Assembly: GCA_965203515.1 (NCBI GenBank)
Contig: OZ241907.1
Span: 1,024,001 to 1,088,000 of the forward strand
Length of the DNA: 64,000 nt
Direction: 5' to 3'
From: Spirochaetia bacterium
Lineage (GTDB): Bacteria > Spirochaetota > Spirochaetia > SZUA-6 > Bin103
In this document: piece by piece, positions 12,239 through 21,853 of the stretch
How positions within the stretch are numbered: the stretch's first letter is position 1
Layout of the letters: the number at the start of each line of letters is the position of its first letter
Translations under genes and position numbers: made by a program
The notes under the pieces: generated by a model
What the model was told of the DNA's origin: nothing
Database searches by the model: none
What the model saw: only the letters and a program-made list of their open reading frames with translations

Positions 12239-12694
12239 TTCCCTACGCGCCGCGGCCCTCCTTGGCGCGGCGCACCTCGGCGGCCACGCGGGCAGTGGTC
12301 TCATGCACATGCGCGCGCGAGCGCCTCGCGGGCGGTGGCAGGGCCGTAGGCATCTGCCTCGATGACGGCGTGCGCGGCCAGGTCCTCGGCGCGGTCCCGT
12401 TCGCCGCGGGAGGCCGCCTCGCGGGCGGCGCGGACATAGTCGGCGGCGATGCCGCCGATGCACACGTGCCCGGGGCGGCCTTGTGGTAAGCAAGTGAGCA
12501 GGTAGGCAAGGTGCCTTGATTTCGGCCGGCACGATCGGCCGATCCAGCCACCAGATCCCACCGGCGACATCAGAAAATCGGACTTCCGTGCTGCAGGCTC
12601 AGTTCGACTTCGGGTCCGACTGCCGAAGGGCCATTGACCTAGGTTGAAGGTTTGGGGTATGTTCCGGGCAGTCGAGAGGGTAGGAACGTAAACC

Positions 12695-13327
12695 ATGACC
12701 ACCGCCGAACCTGCGCTGGCAGCGCCGACCTCCCAGGAGGCGCTGAACGCTCTGGTGCGCGACATCTTGCCGCCACAAGGCGCCTGGAGCGAGTCTGCTT
12801 ATCTGTGGCTCACCGACCACGGCAATCGTCTGATCGAGTTCACTGACGGCCACGTACAGGAATTGCCGATGCCCACCTTCGAGCACCAGGCCGTGCTTCT
12901 GTTCCTCTACGGCCTGTTCCACGGCTACCTCCAGCCGCGCGGCGGCGTCGTGATGGTCGCTCCGTTGCGCATGCGCATCCGCGCCGGCAAGTTTCGCGAG
13001 CCCGATCTTCTGCTGCTGCGAAATCGTGCGGATCCGCGCTGCCGGAGTCCCTACTGGCTTGGGGCGGACTTGGTGGCGGAGGTGGTCAGTCCGGACGATC
13101 CTGCTCGGGACCTGGTGGAGAAACGCATGGACTACGCGGAGGCGGGCATCGCCGAGTACTGGATCGCCGACCCGCGCGCTGAGACGATCGGGGTGCTCAC
13201 GCTGCAGGACGGCGCGTACGTCGAGCATGGCGTGTACCGGCGCGGAGCAACGGCGCGGTCGCCGCTGCTCCCCGACCTGGTCGCCGACGTGGCGGCATGT
13301 TTTGACGCCCCGACGGTCGGAGCTTGA
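12695..13327 (+). CDS. Uma2-family (DUF820) PD-(D/E)XK endonuclease
   Basis: MPTFEHQ, REPDL, LVAEVVSP, KRMDYAEAGIAEYWIADP. Confidence 0.92.
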   Translation: MTTAEPALAAPTSQEALNALVRDILPPQGAWSESAYLWLTDHGNRLIEFTDGHVQELPMPTFEHQAVLLFLYGLFHGYLQPRGGVVMVAPLRMRIRAGKFREPDLLLLRNRADPRCRSPYWLGADLVAEVVSPDDPARDLVEKRMDYAEAGIAEYWIADPRAETIGVLTLQDGAYVEHGVYRRGATARSPLLPDLVADVAACFDAPTVGA

Positions 13328-13340
13328 ATGCGACGTGCCC

Positions 13341-13772
13341 TCAGTTCGACGGCTCCTCGGCGCCGGAGATATAGATTCGGAAATGGTGGTCACGTGCGGG
13401 TCCGCATGAGTTGGCGTTGAAAAATCTGCAATAGACCGTTATACGGCTGTCTTCGATAGTGTAGTCGATGAGCGCGGGGAGGCTCACATCGGTAAAATAG
13501 ATGGTCCATGGAGCTGAAAACCAAATCCGTTTATCCGCGCTCACCTCGACGCGCACCAGGCGGTCCTCGTCCACGGTCGGAGGGAGCTTCTTGCCGGCGT
13601 ATAGTTCTTGTCCCGTGACGCGGTAGGGGCCAAGCTCCTGCAGCGCGTGGGAGTGCGCCGGAGCGGTATCGTGGGTGTGCTCCGGCACCGTGGTCGGACT
13701 GTTCTGGCACGCCACCGTCCCGGTCAGCAGCAGCGCCGCGGCGATCATCGAACCGAACGTCGTGGACTTCAT
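13341..13772 (-). CDS. hypothetical lipoprotein
   Basis: AGGAGG RBS, hydrophobic signal ending TVAC, HTH/HSH histidine motifs, lower-GC 3' half. Confidence 0.7.
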   Translation of the reverse strand: MKSTTFGSMIAAALLLTGTVACQNSPTTVPEHTHDTAPAHSHALQELGPYRVTGQELYAGKKLPPTVDEDRLVRVEVSADKRIWFSAPWTIYFTDVSLPALIDYTIEDSRITVYCRFFNANSCGPARDHHFRIYISGAEEPSN

Positions 13773-13952
13773 GCCCACCTCCTGGCCTGTCTTGTCATGC
13801 GCCCGCGGCCAATCGGGTCACGATGCCACGACGCCGGCGACGGCCGGCGTTTCGACTACGCTGATGCGGCAGCGTCGCATGGCCGCGGCGCCGCGCGCAA
13901 CCGCCGCCGTCCGCGCTTTCCGCATCGACCGGTTATCGGCCATCATCACGAC

Positions 13953-15233
13953 ATGAGAAATCCTGGAATCGCCGTCCGGGGCGCCGTCGCGCTGGTCGCG
14001 GCGCTGGCGGCCGCAGCCCTGGCCGCGGCGGCGCCGGCAGGGCGCGCCGCCGGCTTCGACACCGGCGGCGCGCGGCGGTTCGATGAGGTGCGCGCGCTCT
14101 GGGTGGTCCGCTACGCGCTCTCCAGACCCGAAGCGGTGCGGGCGATGGTGGCGGAGGCGGCCGGCAGCGGCTTCAACACGTTGCTGGTGCAGGTGCGCGG
14201 CCGCGGAGACGCTCTGTACGCGTCGAGTCTGGAGCCACGCGCCGAGCTGCTGGCCAACGCCCCCCCGTTCGATCCGCTGCAGATCGTCATCGACGAAGCG
14301 CACGCGCGCGGCATGGCCGTGCACGCGTGGGTGAACACGCACCTGATCTGGGGGCCGGTCGACCCGCCGCGCAGCCCTGCGCATCTGGTGAACACCGATC
14401 CCGACTGGCTGGCGGTGCCGCGCAGCCTTGGCCGCGATCTGTACGACCGCGACCCGCGCGACCCCGCCTACCTGCGGCTCCTCATCCGGCACGCCAGAGC
14501 CAACACGGCCCGGTTCGAGGGGCTGTACACCAGCCCTTCGCATCCGCAGGTGCACGAGCGGGTGGAGGCGGTGTGGATCGAACTGACCACCCGGTACGAC
14601 CTGGACGGCATCCACTTCGACTACGTGCGGCTGCCGTCCCCGGAGTTCGACTACTCGCGCGGCGCGCTCGACCGGTTCCGCGCGTGGGTCAGGCCGCTCG
14701 TGCCGGCCGAGCGCTACGCCGACCTGACCGCGGCGTCCGCAAGCGACCCGTACGCGCTGGCCGACGCGCTGGGCGATCTCTGGGACCAGTTCCGGCGCGA
14801 GCAGGTCTCGGCGTTGGTGCGGCGCGTCTACCGCTCCGTCAAGGAGGTGTGCCCCGATCTGATCGTCTCCGCGGCGGTCAAGGCCGACCCGCAGCACGCT
14901 CGCACGTACTACTTTCAGTCGTGGTGGGGATGGTTGGCCGACGGCATCCTGGACGTGGCGGTGCCGATGGCGTACACGACCGATCCGGATCTCTTCACCG
15001 GCTGGGTCGACGTGGCGCGCGTGTCGGCCCCGGCGCGCGAGCGGGTCTGGATCGGCGTCGGCGCCTACAAGAACCCGGTCGACGCGACGTTGTGGCAGAT
15101 CGAGCACGCCCGCGCGCAGGACGTCGGAGGCGTCGTCGTATTCGCCTACGACGCGGCCGCCAGCACGCCGGCGGAGGAGGGCGCCCCCACGCCGCTGCAG
15201 CGCATCGGCCGCGCGGCGTTCGGGCCGTCGTAG
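13953..15233 (+). CDS. family 10 glycosyl hydrolase-like protein (GHL10/DUF187), secreted
   Basis: RALWV, FNTLLVQVRGRGDALY, AVHAWVN, YDLDGIHFDYVR, PMAY; Ala-rich signal. Confidence 0.88.
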   Translation: MRNPGIAVRGAVALVAALAAAALAAAAPAGRAAGFDTGGARRFDEVRALWVVRYALSRPEAVRAMVAEAAGSGFNTLLVQVRGRGDALYASSLEPRAELLANAPPFDPLQIVIDEAHARGMAVHAWVNTHLIWGPVDPPRSPAHLVNTDPDWLAVPRSLGRDLYDRDPRDPAYLRLLIRHARANTARFEGLYTSPSHPQVHERVEAVWIELTTRYDLDGIHFDYVRLPSPEFDYSRGALDRFRAWVRPLVPAERYADLTAASASDPYALADALGDLWDQFRREQVSALVRRVYRSVKEVCPDLIVSAAVKADPQHARTYYFQSWWGWLADGILDVAVPMAYTTDPDLFTGWVDVARVSAPARERVWIGVGAYKNPVDATLWQIEHARAQDVGGVVVFAYDAAASTPAEEGAPTPLQRIGRAAFGPS

Positions 15234-15253
15234 GCTCGGAACGAATCGGCGGC

Positions 15254-16060
15254 TCAGCTCGGCTCGATACCGAGCGCCAGCAGCGGCGCGATCATCTTGC
15301 GCAGCCGCGGGTCTTCCGACTCCGCGAACGCGCGCGGCGCGGTGCTGGCGCCCATGGCGTTGCGGCGCTTCACCCAGCGCTTCTGGTGGCCGGAGATCGG
15401 GTTCGCCATGAACGCGAACGAGAGCTGACGGCGCACGCCCGCGGCGCCGAACGCCGCGTGCGGCAGGTCCTCGGTGAACACGCACGCGTCGCCCAGCCGC
15501 GACGGCAGCGGCAGGTGCGGCACGTCCTGCGGGGCGATCCCCCACGGCAGTTCCGCCTGCAGGGTGCGGTTGCGGATCGGAAACAGATAGTCCGGCACGC
15601 CGACCCACCGGGAGTCGATCGACTCGAGCAGGTTGCGGTGCCCGCCGGGAACGATGCGCAGGCAGCCGTTGGTCTCGTCCAGGTCGTCCAGATAGAACGA
15701 GACCTTGATCGTGGCGAGCGGTTTCCGCACGACGCCGCTGGCGCCATGCCACGGGGTATCGCCCACGTGCCACTGCGCGTCCGAGGCTTCGTAGGTGAAG
15801 TCGTGGCCCAGGATCTTCGCCGGGATGTCGTACACCCGATCATCCAGCATCAAGGCGCGGACGCGCTCGTCGACCGCCGCCACGTCGCCGATGCCGCCGC
15901 CCTCTCCGTCTCCGGCGGTATCGTCCGGCACCTGCCCGCGCTCGCGGCCGAGCCGTTCGAGCGCCGCGCGGATCGCCAGCGCCTCGTCACGGGTGAGCAG
16001 GCCGGGCAGCGGCAGGAAGCCGAAGGCGATGAAGTGCCAGACGTCTTCGGTGCCGATCAC
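15254..16060 (-). CDS. PhyH-family Fe(II)/2OG enzyme with HGA motif
   Basis: FGFL, PWHGA, YLDD..NGCLRIVPGGH, GDACVF..LPHA; GTG start overlaps the upstream stop. Confidence 0.85.
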   Translation of the reverse strand: MIGTEDVWHFIAFGFLPLPGLLTRDEALAIRAALERLGRERGQVPDDTAGDGEGGGIGDVAAVDERVRALMLDDRVYDIPAKILGHDFTYEASDAQWHVGDTPWHGASGVVRKPLATIKVSFYLDDLDETNGCLRIVPGGHRNLLESIDSRWVGVPDYLFPIRNRTLQAELPWGIAPQDVPHLPLPSRLGDACVFTEDLPHAAFGAAGVRRQLSFAFMANPISGHQKRWVKRRNAMGASTAPRAFAESEDPRLRKMIAPLLALGIEPS

Positions 16061-16869
16061 GTGTCGGGTCCTCCCTCGGGAAAGCCGAGCCCCTGCAGGC
16101 CGGTCACCATCGCCCGCAACCGGGGGTTCCGGTGGGTGAGCAGGGAGCGGGGCTGATAGGCGCCGTCCGGCATCATCGCCGCGCGCGCCTTGAGGTGGAT
16201 CACCTGATCCTCCCGCCACGGGAACTGCAGAAAGGAGATGGCGATCTGGCGCCGCGGGAACCGGGTGCCGAACGCGCAGTGCAGCAGGTTCTCCGGGAAG
16301 ACCAGCACGTCGCCCGGCTCGGTCGCCAGCGCCTGGTGCGGCACCTCCTCCGGGGCGAGCCCGAACGGCGGGTGCTGCCAGATGACGTCGCGGTTCTTGA
16401 GCCCGAAGAAGTAGTCCGGCACGTCGTGCCAGATCGGGTCGCCTACCCAGAGCCAGTCCCGATGCGTGCCGGGGATCACCCGCAACGCGCCGCTGTCGCC
16501 GTCCAGCGAATCGAGGTAGAGCGCGATCTTGATGTGGCGCAACGGCCAGCGGATCACCGCCGAATCGGCGTGCCACGGCGAATCGGAACCGTAGATGCCG
16601 CAGTTGAACCCCTCGAGCTGGAACCGCTCGCCGAGCAGCGTGCCGGCGATGTCGTGGATCAGGTCGTGGGCCAGGAACCAGTCGCGCAGCTCCCGCGAGG
16701 ACGCCGGGTCGGCGCCGGCGACCGCCGTCGTGTCGGGGTCGACGCCGGAGCGGCGGATCGCCGCGTCGAACTCGCGCTCGATGAACGCGGTCTCATCGGC
16801 GTCGAACGCCCGCCGCAGGTGCAGGAATCCGAACGCCTGGAAGAGCGCGGCCTGGTCGGCGCTCAGCAC
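16057..16869 (-). CDS. PhyH-family Fe(II)/2OG dioxygenase (canonical HxD)
   Basis: PWHAD, YLD..GALRVIPGTH, EPGDVLVF..LLHC. Confidence 0.88.
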   Translation of the reverse strand: MLSADQAALFQAFGFLHLRRAFDADETAFIEREFDAAIRRSGVDPDTTAVAGADPASSRELRDWFLAHDLIHDIAGTLLGERFQLEGFNCGIYGSDSPWHADSAVIRWPLRHIKIALYLDSLDGDSGALRVIPGTHRDWLWVGDPIWHDVPDYFFGLKNRDVIWQHPPFGLAPEEVPHQALATEPGDVLVFPENLLHCAFGTRFPRRQIAISFLQFPWREDQVIHLKARAAMMPDGAYQPRSLLTHRNPRLRAMVTGLQGLGFPEGGPDT

Positions 16870-17696
16870 CGGGCTGCCTCCGGCGGCGCGGCCGCCGGCT
16901 CGAAGCCCAGCGCGCTCCAGCGAGCGGCCAGGTCGCGCAGCGCCGGGTCGGCGCTCGCCGCGACCGCCGGCGGCATCCGGAACTCGCCGCGGGAGCAGGC
17001 GTCGCGCTCGCGGAGGAAGTGTATCTGCGCTCCCGTGCGCGGCTCGGCCGCATAGGAGACCTCGATCAGCCGGCGCGGTTCGCGGACGCCCAGCGCCGCG
17101 TGCAGGACGTCCGGCGCGTAGACCACCACGTCGCCCGGCTCCGTGGGCGCCGGGAACGCCGGCAGCCGTTCATCGGTGACGCCCAGGGCGTTGTGGTCCC
17201 ACCGCATCTGCGGGTTGCGCAGGCCGTACAGGTAGTCCGGCGCCTGCTGCCAGCGCGGGTCGAGCAGGCGCAGGTAGTTGCGGTGCGAGCACGGCACGAA
17301 GCGCAGGCAGCCGTCCCGGGCGCCGGCCCGGTCCAGGGCCACGGCGACCGTGACGCGCTGCAACGGCCAGGGCGGCAGCTCGCCGCCGCCCTGCCACGGC
17401 AGGTCCTCCGTCAGCCGGCGACAGCGCACGTGCAGCGGCAGCGATCCGAAGCCCAGGAGCTTGCGCGGGAGGTCGGCGATGCGCTCGTCGGTCAGCAGCC
17501 GCAGGCCCAGGTCGTCCCGGCTGCCCCAGGGCGAAACGGGCCGCCAGCCGTCCTCGTCCGGGGCCGCGGCGGCGACGGCCGCGGCGACCGCGTCGAACTC
17601 GGCGGCGAAGCGTTCGACCTCGCCGGCGCTGAACACGCCGGGCAGGCGCAGGTAGCCGAAGGTGTTGAACAGGGATACCGGGCCGTAGTCGAGCAT
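16863..17696 (-). CDS. PhyH-family protein with degenerate metal motif (QGG)
   Basis: FGYL, PWQGG, ALD..DGCLRFVPCSH, EPGDVVVY..LHA; clear paralog of its neighbours. Confidence 0.8.
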   Translation of the reverse strand: MLDYGPVSLFNTFGYLRLPGVFSAGEVERFAAEFDAVAAAVAAAAPDEDGWRPVSPWGSRDDLGLRLLTDERIADLPRKLLGFGSLPLHVRCRRLTEDLPWQGGGELPPWPLQRVTVAVALDRAGARDGCLRFVPCSHRNYLRLLDPRWQQAPDYLYGLRNPQMRWDHNALGVTDERLPAFPAPTEPGDVVVYAPDVLHAALGVREPRRLIEVSYAAEPRTGAQIHFLRERDACSRGEFRMPPAVAASADPALRDLAARWSALGFEPAAAPPEAARC

Positions 17697-17713
17697 CGGC
17701 GGCAGCTCGGCGG

Positions 17714-18409
17714 TCAGTCCGGGGTGTAGCCGGACGGCTCCAGCACCACCAGGGTCGGGTGGCCGGCCTTGAAGGATGGCAGCGGCAGCTCGATCGTGTG
17801 ATGGCGCGGTCGCACCAGCGGGTCGTGCGAGCGGTGCGCCAGGAAGTCTTCGACCGGCGTCATGCCGAAGCCGAGCGGCGGCAGCTCGTAGTGCATCGGC
17901 AGCACCCAGCGGGGCGCCAGCGCCTCGAACATGCGGTCCAGCTCGGCGAACTTCGGGGTCAGCTTCTGTCCGGCCAGCGCGAACAGCGCGTCGCACTTGC
18001 CGGCGAACGGCGCCAGCTCCGCCGCGGTCAGCTCGTAGCCCAGGTCGCCCATGTGCATCAGCCACAGGCCGCCGGCCTTGAAGGCGTACAGGGCGTTGTC
18101 CTGCGGGCCGCGCGGATGATCGCGCGCCTCCGTCGCTTCCACGGTGACGACCGGCTCGCCGCCGATCGCCGCGGACCGGCCGCGGGCGGCGTCCAGCGCG
18201 TTGATCACGCGCGGGCTGCCGGCTACCGACTCGACCGCGGAGTGCGCCTCGTCGGTGAGCGAGCTGACGATGACGGTATCGGCGGCCAGCGGCTCCAGCG
18301 GCGGCAGGCCGAGCCGGGCGGGCGGATAGGGGTCGGTGACGATCGCCGGGCGGCCGTCGATCCAGATGCGAAAGCAGGCGTGGCCCACGAACTCGACGTT
18401 GACTGACAT
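17714..18409 (-). CDS. MBL-fold metallo-hydrolase-like protein
   Basis: GHACFRI, IVTDPY, HMGDLG, PMHY; the THxHxDH motif is degenerate. Confidence 0.82.
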   Translation of the reverse strand: MSVNVEFVGHACFRIWIDGRPAIVTDPYPPARLGLPPLEPLAADTVIVSSLTDEAHSAVESVAGSPRVINALDAARGRSAAIGGEPVVTVEATEARDHPRGPQDNALYAFKAGGLWLMHMGDLGYELTAAELAPFAGKCDALFALAGQKLTPKFAELDRMFEALAPRWVLPMHYELPPLGFGMTPVEDFLAHRSHDPLVRPRHHTIELPLPSFKAGHPTLVVLEPSGYTPD

Positions 18410-18432
18410 CGGTGGGATCATAGGCCGCCACC

Positions 18433-19317
18433 ATGATTCGGACCAGACCGTTCGGCAGCACCGGCCATCACAGCACGCTGACCCTGTTCGGCGGGGCGGC
18501 GTTCAAGCCGACCTCGACCGAGGCGGATGCGGAGCGCGCCCTCGACCTGCTGTTCCGGCACGGCGTCAACCACATCGACACCGCGCACGGCTACGGCGGC
18601 GGCAACTCGGAGACCTTGATCGGCGGCTGGATGGAGCGGCACCGCGACCGCTTCTTCCTGGCCACCAAGACCGGCGCGCGGACCGCGGCGGGCGCCCGCG
18701 AGCAGGTGGAGCTCTCCCGCCGCAGGCTGCGCAGCGATGCGATCGACCTCATCCAGTTGCACAGCCTGACGGCGGAGGAGGACTGGGCCGCCGCGATGGG
18801 CGCCGGCGGCGCGCTGGAAGCGCTGGTCGACTCGCGCGAGCGCGGGCACGTACGCTTCATCGGGGTCACCGGCCACGGGCTGGCGGCGCCGCGCATGCAC
18901 CTGCGCAGCCTGGAACGCTTCCCGTTCGACGCGGTGCTGCTGCCGATGAACTTCGTCCTGGCTCGCGACCGGCGCTACCGCGCCGATTTCGACGCGCTCA
19001 AGGCGGTGTGCGACCGCCGCGGCGTGGCGGTGCAGATCATCAAGTCGACGGCGCGGCGGCCGTGGGCGGGGCGCGAGCGCGAGCGCGGCCCCTGGTACGA
19101 GCCGCTGGCCGCGCCGGAGGACATCGCGCGCGCCGTGGCCTACGCCCTGAGCTTCGCGCCGGCGTTCATCAACACGATGGCCGACCTCGACCTGCTGCGG
19201 CTGGTGCTGCAGGCGGCGGAGGCGCCCGGAGCGCGTCCGTCCGACGCGGAGATGGAGGCGATGGCCGGCGGCCGCGGCATGCAGCCGATCTTCGAGGAAC
19301 TGGCGATGATCCACTGA
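18433..19317 (+). CDS. aldo/keto reductase
   Basis: IDTAHGYG, FLATKT, IDLIQLH, RFIGVTGH. Confidence 0.92.
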   Translation: MIRTRPFGSTGHHSTLTLFGGAAFKPTSTEADAERALDLLFRHGVNHIDTAHGYGGGNSETLIGGWMERHRDRFFLATKTGARTAAGAREQVELSRRRLRSDAIDLIQLHSLTAEEDWAAAMGAGGALEALVDSRERGHVRFIGVTGHGLAAPRMHLRSLERFPFDAVLLPMNFVLARDRRYRADFDALKAVCDRRGVAVQIIKSTARRPWAGRERERGPWYEPLAAPEDIARAVAYALSFAPAFINTMADLDLLRLVLQAAEAPGARPSDAEMEAMAGGRGMQPIFEELAMIH

Positions 19318-19319
19318 CC

Positions 19320-20936
19320 ATGCCGCATCGCACCTCGGTGGCGGCCGCGGTCGCCGGCGGCCTGCAGGCGGCCGGCATCGACACCGTGTTCGGTCTGCCC
19401 GGCGGCGAGAACGTCCACCTCTTGGAAGCGTTGCGGCGGACCGGCGTCCGCTTCGTGCTGAGCGAGCATGAGAACGCCGCCGCCTTCATGGCGTCGGCCG
19501 CCGCGCAGCTCACCCGCCGGCCGTCCGTCTGCCTGACCACCCTGGGACCGGGGGCGGTCAACTGCACCGCCGGTATCGCGCACGCCTTCCTGGACCGCTG
19601 CCCGGTGCTGCTGATCACGGCGCAGATGCCGGCAGGATTGCAGCCCCGGCACACGCACCAGCTCGTCGACCTGCACCGGCTGTTCGCGCCGATCACCAAG
19701 GCGACCCTGGACCTCGCGCCGGCCGGCGCCGCCGAGACCGTAGCGGAGGCGTTGCGCATCGCGTCGGCCGGGGTGCCGGGACCCGTCCACCTGCAGCTCT
19801 CCAACGACGTGGCCCGGCTCGACGCGGAGCCGGCCGCCGACGGCGGCGGCGCCTCCGCCGTCGATGCGCCGCCGCAGGTGGTGCCGGCCGACCTGGACCG
19901 CGCCGCCGCCGGCCTGGCCGCCGCCGAGCGGCCGGTGGTGGTCGCCGGGCTGGGTTTGGAGCCGGAGGCGCCCTACCGGGCGCTTCGCAGGTTCGCCGAG
20001 CGGCTCGGCGCGCCGGTCCTGTCGACTCCCAAGGCCAAGGGCGCGCTGCCGGCGTCCCATCCGCTCGGCTCGGAGACGATCGGCCTGACCCGCACCGACC
20101 CCGGCTACGATCTGATCGCGGAGGCGGACCGGGTGATCGCGGTCGGCATGGACGTGGTGGAGGTGGTGCTGCCCTGGTCGGCGCCGGCGCCGGTGCTCTG
20201 GGTCGCGCCGCGGCGTGACCGGATCGGCGCGGCGGCGGCCGAGCAGGCGCTGATCGGCCCGGTCGGCGCGACCCTCGCGCAGCTGACCGAGCGTCTGCGC
20301 GAACCCCGGAGCTGGGGAGCCCGGCGCGCCGCCCACTACCGGCAGGCGCGCCGCAGCCGCAGCCGCGCGGCGGCGGACCGGGCGGCTGCCGGAACGATCG
20401 CGCCGCAGGAGGTCCTGCGGGAAGCGCGGGCGGCGCTGCCGCCGGATGCGGTGGTCGCCACCGACGTCGGCTCGCACAAGATCCTGGCCGCGCTGGAGTG
20501 GGACGCGGAGCTGCCCAACCGCTATCTGGTCTCCAACGGGTTGTCGGTCATGGGTTTCGGACCGGCGGCGGCGGCCGGCGCGGCGCTGGCCGGGCGCGCG
20601 CCGGTGCTGTGCGTGACCGGGGACGCCGGCCTGCTCATGTGCGCCGGCGGGCTTGCCACCCTGGCGCGGCTGTCGACGCCGGTGCTGCTGGTGGTGCTGG
20701 TCGATGGCGCCCTCGACCTGATCCGCGCGCACCAGCGGCGCGCCGGCGCGGAGCCGTTCGGCACGGAGTTTCCGGCTCCGGACGCCGCCCGGATCGGCGC
20801 GGCGTTCGGTCTGCCGGCGGTCACGGTCGGCGCCGCCGCCGAGCTGCGGGCGGAGCTGGCCCGCGCTCTGCAGCGGCCCGGCGCCAGCGTGATCGGCGTG
20901 CGGATCGACCCGGCGTGCTATCGGGGTTCGTTCTGA
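19320..20936 (+). CDS. thiamine pyrophosphate-dependent enzyme (acetolactate synthase-like)
   Basis: VFGLPGGEN, HENAAAFMA, TLGPGAVN, DVGSHK, SNGLSVMGFG, GDA motif. Confidence 0.9.
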   Translation: MPHRTSVAAAVAGGLQAAGIDTVFGLPGGENVHLLEALRRTGVRFVLSEHENAAAFMASAAAQLTRRPSVCLTTLGPGAVNCTAGIAHAFLDRCPVLLITAQMPAGLQPRHTHQLVDLHRLFAPITKATLDLAPAGAAETVAEALRIASAGVPGPVHLQLSNDVARLDAEPAADGGGASAVDAPPQVVPADLDRAAAGLAAAERPVVVAGLGLEPEAPYRALRRFAERLGAPVLSTPKAKGALPASHPLGSETIGLTRTDPGYDLIAEADRVIAVGMDVVEVVLPWSAPAPVLWVAPRRDRIGAAAAEQALIGPVGATLAQLTERLREPRSWGARRAAHYRQARRSRSRAAADRAAAGTIAPQEVLREARAALPPDAVVATDVGSHKILAALEWDAELPNRYLVSNGLSVMGFGPAAAAGAALAGRAPVLCVTGDAGLLMCAGGLATLARLSTPVLLVVLVDGALDLIRAHQRRAGAEPFGTEFPAPDAARIGAAFGLPAVTVGAAAELRAELARALQRPGASVIGVRIDPACYRGSF

Positions 20937-20957
20937 CCCGACCGGCGGACCGTCCGC

Positions 20958-21764
20958 TCAGTCGCGCGGCTCGAAGCCCAGGTCGACCAGCGGCTGCACC
21001 ATCTTGCGCTTGCGGGGATCGTCGCTGTCGATGAAGCTGCGCGGCGGGCGCAGTTCGCCGTCGGAGCACGCCTGCCGCTGCTTGAGCCAGCGCCGCTGCT
21101 CGTCGTCGACCGGATTGGCCACGAACGAGATGGCGAGCTGGCGCCGCACGCCGGAGACCCCGAACGCGGCGTGGGGAAGGTCTTCGGTGAAGACCAGCAC
21201 GTCGCCCAGGCTCGACTCCAGCGGGACGTGCGGCACCTCCTGCGGGCGCAGCCCCCAGGGCCGGAAGTCGTCCCTGGTGTTGCGGTTGCGCAGCGGGAGG
21301 TAGTAGTCGGGCGCCTGCGCCCAGCGCGGGTCGACCAGCCGCAGGTAGTTGCGGTGGGCGCCCGGCACGACGCGCAGGCAGCCGTTCCGGGCGGTCAGGT
21401 CGTCCAGATAGATCGAGACCTTGATGTGCGGCAGGCCCCAGGTGATCACGCCGCTGCCGCCGTGCCAGGGGGTGTCGCCGACGTGCGCGGCGGCCGCGGA
21501 ACCTTCGTAGATGAAGTCGTGACCCAGGATCTTGCGGGGTACGTCGAGCAGCCGTTCGTCCCCGATCAGCGCCGCGTGGCGCTCCCCGCGTTCGCAGACG
21601 TGGGCGACCTGGCGCGGCTGCGAGCCGTCGAAATCGGGGTAATCCTCGCGCAGGAGGCGGTCGAACTCCTCCCGCAGGGCGGCCGCCTCGCCGCGGCTGA
21701 ACAGGCCGCGTAGCGGCACGTAGCCGAAGGCGATAAAGTGCGTCACGTGATTGTCATCCACCAT
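20958..21764 (-). CDS. PhyH-family Fe(II)/2OG enzyme with HGG motif
   Basis: [34 protein letters not shown]. Confidence 0.85.
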   Translation of the reverse strand: MVDDNHVTHFIAFGYVPLRGLFSRGEAAALREEFDRLLREDYPDFDGSQPRQVAHVCERGERHAALIGDERLLDVPRKILGHDFIYEGSAAAAHVGDTPWHGGSGVITWGLPHIKVSIYLDDLTARNGCLRVVPGAHRNYLRLVDPRWAQAPDYYLPLRNRNTRDDFRPWGLRPQEVPHVPLESSLGDVLVFTEDLPHAAFGVSGVRRQLAISFVANPVDDEQRRWLKQRQACSDGELRPPRSFIDSDDPRKRKMVQPLVDLGFEPRD

Positions 21765-21853
21765 ACCGATCCATCGGGCAGGGTCAGGGGCACCGTAGAA
21801 CAACGGCGCGGCGCTGTGAACCTCACCGTGAACCGCGCCGGCCGGAGGCGGCC

